From assembly GCA_946965045.2 (NCBI GenBank), contig OX337239.1, positions 496,001-560,000 of the forward strand: a stretch of 64,000 bases of DNA. The letters run 5' to 3'. The notes under the pieces were generated by a model. That model did no database searches and had not been told where the DNA came from. It was given only the letters and a program-made list of their open reading frames with translations. The translations under genes were made by a program, and so were the position numbers. The stretch comes from Epithemia pelagica (taxonomy: Eukaryota; Protista; Bacillariophyta). Shown in pieces: positions 56,060 through 64,000 of this stretch; position 1 is the first letter of the stretch; every line of letters starts with the position of its first letter.

Positions 56060-57943
56060 ATGTGCATTTCGACTCAAGTACGACGCCAAGCATCGCAATC
56101 GAAATCCATCGTCTCCTTGGACCAACAGCATTTGTTGGCTCCCGAAAAGGTGGACAGCAACAATAATCGCAACAGCAAGCAGACCAAGAAAACTGGTGGA
56201 TCTCCCAAACGAACTACCAGCAGTAAACGACGATCGTCTACATCACATTCTCATCATCATCATCATCACCCTCAAATTGTGGTACAGCACAATTATCACG
56301 ATCGTGCCCATGATTTGCCTCCTCCCTCTTCGCCCGCCTTTCACACACTGCTATCCTCCTCGGCTCCCTCCTCCCCACAGGCCGTAGTAGCAACAACAAC
56401 CGAGCGATCACAACAGCAACGAGAAAACAAGCCGATTCTTCCCATGACCTCTCCTTCCAGCACCAAATCCTCCTCCTCTATGGCACCGCCTAACGTGGAT
56501 TGGGCGGCATGCACCCCCCTCCGTACTTCGGCCACTACGCCCTTTCCTCTCAAGTTGTACGAAATGTTGGACCAACTTGATCGCCATGGAGGAGAACAAG
56601 AAGACAGTCACGTGGTTTCGTGGCAACCCCACGGTCGCTGCTTTGTCATTCACGATCCACAAGCCTTTAAGCAAGTCCTCTTGCCCCGGTACTTTCCCAA
56701 ATTGTCCAAGGTTACCAGTTTTCAACGACAATTGAACCTCTACGGCTTTCAACGCATTACGCAAGGCTTGGACAAGGGCAGCTATTACCACGAATGCTTT
56801 TTGCGGGGCAAACCCTATTTGGCCTACGAGATTCAACGCATCAAGGTCAAGGGGACCGGAGTTCGGGGCAAATCCAACCCCGATCAAGAACCCAACTTTT
56901 GGGCCATGGAATGGGTGGGTACCAGTCACAACCCGACTTCGGCCATGTCCACCAGTCCAGAGTGGAACCATCCACAACAACAAGGTGTCAAGACGAGACG
57001 AAACAAGAAACCGTCCAGTCACAAAAAGAACATCCTGAATGCCACTTCCAAGACTACCAAGCGTACCTCCATTACACCCTCCGCCAGCATGGACGAAGAA
57101 GAAGAAGCATCTATTGTTCCGGAACAAGCTGCTTCCTTGGTCACAAGTCCATCCTCTTCCTCCTCCAACAACAATAACAACGATTGTGTTTCGGTTGTGA
57201 GCAGCAGCGAAGATGAAGCGGAAGCCGACAACAACAATGCTATGGATGCCGAGGATGATAACGAATCGTGCTTGCAACAACTGGGCTGTGCTACCACCAG
57301 CCAGACCTCTACTAGCAAGGGAGGTCTCCCCTACTCGGCGGCCAGCAGTGAAAACTTGGTTCTTCCCACCAGCATGGACATTGACACGACTGCGACCGCC
57401 TTGGAGCAGGCGGAGGAGGAGACGAACCATTCATCCACGGCCGTGTCGTGCAATGCCGCAGCCGTTGCGGCACTTTCTTCATCGTCCTCGTTTCCCTGGT
57501 TGTTTGCACCCACCGATGTCATTTTGACGGAATGGGGCATGCCCTTTCATGCCTTGCATGCTCTTCCCGAAGATATTGTTTCTCATGCGCAACACCACCA
57601 TTCTACAAATACAACATACAACAAGAATAACAACAGCATCCAGACCACCAAAACACCTCCTCCCTCTCCCGATCAAGATGCCGTCGATCATTATTGTGAT
57701 GCCTTGCCTAATCTCGTGAACAGTACCAGCCAAAACTTTGTGGGAGATTTGGAAGATCAATGGTACATGGAACAAGTCCTGTGTCGTATGGTGCACGATC
57801 GAGAATTGCAACAACAGCAACATGACGACAATGACGGCGAGGAAGATCAAGGACCAGCCTTCTTGTCCCACCACAATGACGACGAGGAAGATCATGACGA
57901 TCACGAACTGGTGGGTCTTTTGGATTCCATTACTGCCGTATGA
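56060..57943 (+). CDS. Heat-shock-factor-type transcription factor (627 aa)
   Basis: HSF DNA-binding domain FPLKLYEML...VSWQPHGRCF...SFQRQLNLYGFQR...YYHECFLRG. First ATG at 56060. Confidence 0.93.
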   Translation: MCISTQVRRQASQSKSIVSLDQQHLLAPEKVDSNNNRNSKQTKKTGGSPKRTTSSKRRSSTSHSHHHHHHPQIVVQHNYHDRAHDLPPPSSPAFHTLLSSSAPSSPQAVVATTTERSQQQRENKPILPMTSPSSTKSSSSMAPPNVDWAACTPLRTSATTPFPLKLYEMLDQLDRHGGEQEDSHVVSWQPHGRCFVIHDPQAFKQVLLPRYFPKLSKVTSFQRQLNLYGFQRITQGLDKGSYYHECFLRGKPYLAYEIQRIKVKGTGVRGKSNPDQEPNFWAMEWVGTSHNPTSAMSTSPEWNHPQQQGVKTRRNKKPSSHKKNILNATSKTTKRTSITPSASMDEEEEASIVPEQAASLVTSPSSSSSNNNNNDCVSVVSSSEDEAEADNNNAMDAEDDNESCLQQLGCATTSQTSTSKGGLPYSAASSENLVLPTSMDIDTTATALEQAEEETNHSSTAVSCNAAAVAALSSSSSFPWLFAPTDVILTEWGMPFHALHALPEDIVSHAQHHHSTNTTYNKNNNSIQTTKTPPPSPDQDAVDHYCDALPNLVNSTSQNFVGDLEDQWYMEQVLCRMVHDRELQQQQHDDNDGEEDQGPAFLSHHNDDEEDHDDHELVGLLDSITAV

Positions 57944-59085
57944 ATGAACACACAAGAAAGAAGAAAACGCCATGGAACTTGTTGTCCTGGGGAATAGAGG
58001 ACAAGATTGCTTTGTATCGGGGACTTGCCCCTGCAAGGTTCCAAAACGGTAGTGTGTGGGGTACCACCTAGCAAATGCATGTATTGGTTTGTTTCCGTCC
58101 AGCAAGCATCCTTGCAGTGCCACAAAACAAGACAACGCACAACAGGAAAGAAACATAACCGAGGATGAACTTCAAGCGATTGCCATCATCATCGTGTCTT
58201 GGACGAAAGCTGCTGGACCGTGGGACCGCGGTACCAAAATACGTCCAACAACACCTATTCTCTGTTTGCATGTTTCAACCGTCTCAACAATCCCATTGTA
58301 GAACGAAAAAAACAACACGGTATAATTATTTAGTTTGGTCCATCCAACTTCTTTCGCCTACTAGGTAACATGATTCGAATAGACTAAACTATACTCTTCC
58401 CTCTTATTAGATAAGCATAAAGGAAGCTTCCCATAGCTACTACCTATTCCAACGAAGCAGTCTTGTGTGAGTCTCGCCGCCCTCAAACACGAATCCAACA
58501 CGGGAATGGAATCCGTGGGACAGGGACTGACGTGGAAAAGGGCAATAGGAAGCAATGTGTCTGAAATCCAAGGGGGCTCAGTCCAAATTTTGGTGCGCGC
58601 CGCGCGGGATCCCGAGTGGAACGCCGAAAGGGATTGCTTTCGTGTTTATTGGATGGAGATCCGGTTGGCGAGGTGAGCTGAGCCACATGCAAAATCACAC
58701 CTTTTTGATCCACCAAAGAAAACACCAACCGACACTGGAGCACGTTCAACGGAACGGGGAGACGAACGGAGAACGGAGAAACCCAAAGTTCGATCTGTTG
58801 CCAACATAATAAGAAGAGACGGCTGTGTTCCGATAGTCGTGGGAGACGACCTCTCGATTGGTTCCGGTCCAGTCAACAGATTGATACGAAGTGTGGTGGG
58901 TCGTTTGGGGGTGACCTTTCACCTCACTCCCCTGGTTCTCCACAAAATTACGTTGCATGCCACCATATTCCCTCCACAAAACTACTACTGCCTGATAATT
59001 AGTCATTGCCGTGTTTGGGTGGATCGAGGGACCATTGTCGTGTCAAAGATCCACCAAACAACGCAACCCTCGATTTGATTCGGAC

Positions 59086-60968
59086 ATGTGGAGCGGTGGC
59101 AGGGGTGCTGCACCAGGAGGAGGGTGGATGTTGCTGTTGTTGTTGTTCGTGTTGTGATGCGTGGTCGGCAGTGCGCCAACAATGGCGCACTCATTGTTGC
59201 AGTTGGAGCAACAACAGACCCACCACCACTCCATTCGTCGACCAACACACGACGAATCGACAACAACCACAAGACGCTTGGATACTACCAGTACCACAAC
59301 TGGGTTGGACTCAAAAAAGATGAATGGCAATGCCTCGATTCGGTCTCAGCACTGTTTTTCCATCTCCACCGAAATCAATGGTTCCGTGGTTTGGAATCCC
59401 CACAATCAGACCACCAACAACAACAACACGAACATTCACATGACTCGGTTGGACAAGCAAGCCTGGTCCACTCATGTTCAACAAGGACAAATTCAAGGAC
59501 AGACCTCGGTCATTGTCTTTGAGGTGTGTCGTGCCGAGAACGACTGTTTCGAGGAGGTTGTGAACATGCAAGACTTTGTGTCGAGTCTCATGCGTCAATC
59601 GACGGAAACCAATCGAGAGTATTGCACGGCCTGTCAAGAATCCCTCGACTATTGTTTGTAAGTGTCGTCGGAGTGTTCGTGTGGTTCTTCCATGACTGGA
59701 AATTGTCATTTGTCTCATGGATTCGAATGCTACTTGTGCTTGTTTGTGTTTGTGTGTGTTTGCTAAAATGACTCGATAGTTTGGATGCGGCTTCCAGTAG
59801 AACTACGGGAACTCATCCCAATGGCACGACGAGAGGTCGATATCAACGACGAACGGTATCGCACGTGCCCGAGCGCTGGGAATACGTGGAATGTTCGGAA
59901 TGTGAAGCACGAAAATGTTTCGACCATGTGCCGACAACCAGAGACACGGAAACAACCAGCACGGAACAAGAGATGGAGGACAGGGTATTGGACTGGATGC
60001 AAGATATGGTGACCTGTCAACCCTTGCCCGAGTCTCTTGGTACAACGGCTCGAACCTGGTTGGGTCATGCACTCTACGCGGGATTTATCTGCAACCAAGA
60101 AGGAACGGGTGTGGAACTCGGCCTCTTTGTGGATCCCGACTGTTCGGTCTATACTTCGGTCTTGTCCTTTTCATCACCGGTCCTGGGAAACCATGATTCG
60201 TCTCCACGGATGCAGGAGGAACAACAACAACAACAGGAACCAAGTGACACGAATCCGTGGCGCCTCCCCGCACTCCAGTCACAAGCCTTGGTTACACATC
60301 CCTTTCTGCAGCCACTTTCGTGTGGGGAAATCCAATACACGAGTCTGGACGACAACAGCACCCCAATGACGGCGGCAGGGCCCAAGGACTCGCCAACGAC
60401 AATGACCAATGTACAGGATACGAAACTGAATTCCTATTGTCAAGTTCTCTTGGAAAAGTCGTTGTCCTTGGATCATTGTCCTCCCACGAGCAACGAGAGT
60501 ACCACGGCAAACTGGGACGATGATGATACCGTGCCGGGGTATTTGTTTTCCACGGCACAAGCCAAGGATCTGGCACACGTCTGCCATGTGGTGGCACACG
60601 AGTATCCTAGCACTACAAACGAGGCACACAGCGATTATGACTTGTGGCATGTGTACCAAGAAACGGATGGATACGGTACGGGATCCGGACGTCTCTACGA
60701 TTATAACAGCCAAACTGGGGACGGAACCAATGGACAATCCACAACTTCGCGCAGCCGTGGTGGCAAGTTTCCCATTCGAGCACGGGGTCTGGAGATTATC
60801 GCGGTCGTTATTGTTGGCCTCGTTCTAGTATTGTCGTGTCGGGAACATTTGAAACCATCGTCCCTCACGCATGGGCGAAAGGGACCCAATCGATTGCTTT
60901 TGTGGTTCCATCGTCGCTGTGGTTCTTTGCCACCGAGACAACAACAACAACACGAGTATTGGAAATAG
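59086..60968 (+). CDS. Cys-rich single-pass membrane protein (2 exons); signal peptide interrupted by TGA
   Basis: Exons 59086-59657 and 59780-60968 with a frame-preserving GTAAGT...TAG intron. Cys motifs YCTACQESLDYC, CSECEARKC and GFICN...ELGLFVDPDCSVY. C-terminal TM helix. In-frame TGA at 59155-59157 within MLLLLLFVL*CVVGSA, so the gene may be a pseudogene. Confidence 0.65.
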
Positions 60969-62276
60969 TGCCACTCTGGGAGAACCAAGCTCGGCGGGGT
61001 TGCAACCACCCAGTGCCTCTTTCTCAACGTCGTCGTCGACACGGTCGTCTTCGTTTTTGTGTCAGGCGGACAGTTCCATGGTTATCAATCCAAACCCCAA
61101 CGCTACTGAAACACATGATTCGAATACAATGAACTGCGACAACATATGAGCAGCCTTCCTGGCCACGACATGGTCGCATGAAGCAGCAGTCCTGAGGCGC
61201 GTTACAGACAAGTTGTCCTAGTCGTCCCCCCTAGCTTTTGCTTGGAAGCTGTCCACACACGCTCATCCTTGAAGAAACGCACTGCCAACCGTTTAGAATA
61301 GAGCCGACGTTTCTCATGTTAAAGCCTGTATACTGTAAGTATAGGTTTCATTGAAGTACCTTTCTTCCTGCAGGTATTCTGAATTTGATTGTATTGTATA
61401 GGAAACTTGGTCGGAGTACAAAGAAAGTAACAAGTTTCACAATACCTCTCACGCTCCGGTTGCTTTGAAAGAAAGATGGGACACGTATACCAGACACGAA
61501 TGCAACATGGGTCAGGCTAGCACCTGATGGCCATCATGGTCAACGAGAGACATCAAATGTTGAAAGATGAGAGAGCGAAAGATGCACTCTCTATCGTGAT
61601 ATAGAGAAGTTCAATAAAAAAGGTATTAAATTTCATACAAGAGCGCTCAGGTGTAATGTGCTAGGTATGCTATGCACTATGCATTATGCACCGCCCGTCA
61701 ACCATTCCCATGGGGTCCACGACAAGACACGGAAGCTGCATCAATCACTTCGTAACAACACCAAGATCTTTTGTAACATGAAACAACAACAGCACGGAAG
61801 AACACATTTGTCCGAAACCATTTTGGTCCAAGACGGAAAAAGCAGACTTTCACGTAGACCCACTGAAATGGCTGTACTGGCAAAACATGTCTGCATGCGG
61901 AAGCTGGGAGATACAAGTCGGATTCATCTAGAAGACATTCCTGACAACTTCGCTTTCCGGCTCCAGTCTTGTGTCGAGTACGCTCTTTTCAACTAACTCA
62001 TGGCCGTCTCCCCTCAACTAGCAATATGTGCCTGGTAGTACGCGTTGTTCGGAAGATGGATCCATCCTTCCAAGATCACGGACGATCGTGGTTACGGAAG
62101 TTGCCACGGATACAAAAGCCGGTCCATGAACATCTTCGAACTGCATCGCTACGGCTTATGGAGCCTAGGTAGTCCTGGAACGGTTTCATCTCAGGGTCCA
62201 ACCTTTCCCAAGCTCACAAAAAATAAACTCATACGGTCCCCACTCCAGTTTCATACCAGAGCATAGCATTCCCAGC

Positions 62277-63332
62277 ATGTCAGCTGTTTCTGTTGCGAAA
62301 ACAATGGCTCCTGTTGAGCTTCAGCTGGCGTGTTTGCAAGGAATGGCTGCATCAGGATTTAGTCCTTTTGCTCCTTCGACCTTTGCTAATGTCATGAATA
62401 CCAATACGACTTTGAATTATCACTTGACAGGAACCTTCGTGGGATTGGACAATATCTTGGAGTATCTGAGTTTCTATTCCGGTGCCCTTTCGGAATCCAT
62501 TGTACCATTGGGTGGTGTGTCGGATCCAGCCCAAGACTTGTCGCAATCGACGCCAGAAGAATGCGTTTTGATTGCCGGTGGGGGAGCCGAGATTCGGACA
62601 CGTCCCTATTTTACCGCCGGTGGTGGTGGTGGAGGAGGAGGATGTATGCAGTCCACGTTGGGATCCGTCTACCGGTACAGTCTGAACCTTGAACCTGGCG
62701 GTGGACCTCCCACAGGAATTACGCTCCATTCCTGCAAGGTGTGGACGCCAGACCGATACATGATGGATTATTTTGGCCTGTTGGATAGTGCCGCCACAGG
62801 AGAGTACATTTGCGATGTCTTGGTCACCACGTGTGCCAAGCGCAGTCATGGCTGTGGCAAGGATCCAAAGGAGGGTCATCGCAATAAGCGAGAATTCTTG
62901 CGTGGGCCATGTGACGACAACCAGGGCAACACCCAAGTCATTGCCGCCAGTAGCATTCCTGCTTCGAATGCCAGCACCACCACCAAGTACCAGCAAGCCA
63001 TGAATCAGTGCTTGAGCAAGTACCACAGTCTTCCCGCTATGACCAATACGTACTGGGCGGATGGAGATTCGAAATCTTGTCGCATGCTGCACGGTGTCTT
63101 TGCTCGTAAAAATTCCTTTCATTGTCCTCACACCACCTTTGCGTTTGAACCAGATCTGGATGGGAACAAGAAGTGCTTTCAAAGCTACCAAACCACGGTG
63201 CAAGACTTGTTCAATGCATACGAACTGGAGTTGTTGACTGCCATGGCCTTGCCGCCCTTGTCTGTGGAAAATGACAGCACGAGTGGACCTATTGCCTCAC
63301 GTGTCTTTTTCCACGACTGTCCAGCCAATTGA
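62277..63332 (+). CDS. Hypothetical Cys-containing protein of a diatom-type family (351 aa)
   Basis: Intact ORF with GLDNILEYLSF, YICDVL...C and DGDSKSCRMLHGVFARKNSFHCPH...KKC motifs. Function unknown. Confidence 0.75.
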   Translation: MSAVSVAKTMAPVELQLACLQGMAASGFSPFAPSTFANVMNTNTTLNYHLTGTFVGLDNILEYLSFYSGALSESIVPLGGVSDPAQDLSQSTPEECVLIAGGGAEIRTRPYFTAGGGGGGGGCMQSTLGSVYRYSLNLEPGGGPPTGITLHSCKVWTPDRYMMDYFGLLDSAATGEYICDVLVTTCAKRSHGCGKDPKEGHRNKREFLRGPCDDNQGNTQVIAASSIPASNASTTTKYQQAMNQCLSKYHSLPAMTNTYWADGDSKSCRMLHGVFARKNSFHCPHTTFAFEPDLDGNKKCFQSYQTTVQDLFNAYELELLTAMALPPLSVENDSTSGPIASRVFFHDCPAN

Positions 63333-64000
63333 TCTCCATGAACGGACAAGAGCAAGACAGGAATCCATTCGTACCATCTAAACTTTCAATTGATTATGCG
63401 TACAAATGTGTCCCAATAGATGCATGGCAATGACTTTGTTGCGGGTGATCATAATGATGAGATAGATGTCGCAATGCCAGAGCTTGGTGTTAGGATTCTC
63501 ACCTTTAACTAGGTGGTGGTGGAATCTACAACACATCGACTGATGCTAGTATTTTATGGCATCCGATGACATTTGTGTAAAAGTGAGAAAAGAATGACGG
63601 CATGCTCGCGGACCTTTAATTTTGGCCAAGGCATGCTCGCAATGCACGCGCTATCGGCGACCGCTCGGATATTGACTATGGCCCATCACGTGCGCGCCCA
63701 ATATTCTCAAGCGCGCGCAATCAAGATCCGAGTGAGCACCTCCACGACTTACCTCAACGACCTAAGTAATCAAAGCACGAATCACGATCACGCGAGACCA
63801 TATTTCCATTCCCACAATTCCAAGAATGCAATCAACAACGCGCCAAGAAAACTACCTATATCACAACAAAGCAAGAGCTGTTGGCATTGGTATATGATAT
63901 ACAACTGCATATACTTTCAATACAACAATGCAGGTCTACTCCAACCATTTGAGGACCTATCACACCAGATCCATGGCCGTATACAAGAGCCAGGACCTCG

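Noticed and set aside
1-64000. Non-standard genetic code with TGA read as Trp
   Set aside because: TGA terminates clearly intact genes (Kelch, HSF, pol) at sensible positions, and TGG is used throughout.
1-64000. CRISPR arrays, rRNA or tRNA genes
   Set aside because: No repeat-spacer periodicity or RNA-gene signatures were seen. Repeats are microsatellites or two-copy duplications.
63488-64000. Possible LTR beginning TGTTAGGATT near the window end
   Set aside because: No partner repeat, primer site or coding domain lies within the window. The 10-bp match to 9106 and 9277 can be chance.

Overview
This is eukaryotic nuclear DNA, most likely from a pennate diatom. That assignment is an inference from short GT-AG introns, bipartite plastid-targeting leaders, a diatom-type HSF and CoDi-type Ty1/Copia elements. 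Intact genes: a Kelch protein, a BED-like zinc-finger protein, a Popeye/cNMP-like protein, a two-exon TRF-like telobox Myb protein, a 1222-aa VIT-vWA-TPR-DUF2135 protein, a GT90 glycosyltransferase, an SLC25 carrier, a divergent Ran paralog, a SufE-BolA fusion, two head-to-head ABCG half-transporters, a thioredoxin-like 2Fe-2S protein, an HSF and several hypothetical proteins. These are mixed with decaying gene copies (GT14, DSC3-like, a Kelch fragment), a truncated Copia remnant, a TA-flanked MITE and a near-full-length Copia element (49651-55836). The most unusual observations are four. (1) The Copia element has 113-bp LTRs ending CAA...TTG with a 4-bp target duplication, a primer site matching a tRNA anticodon arm, a UGA-CUA gag/pol junction and a chromodomain-like segment. 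(2) A candidate TRF1/TRF2-like telomere protein appears only after joining two ORFs across an intron. (3) A spliced Ran paralog lacks switch I and has DTAGQ changed to NTAGQ. (4) Several genes carry in-frame stops at likely Trp positions. No rRNA, tRNA or CRISPR array was seen. All family assignments come from motif recognition by eye, not from database searches.
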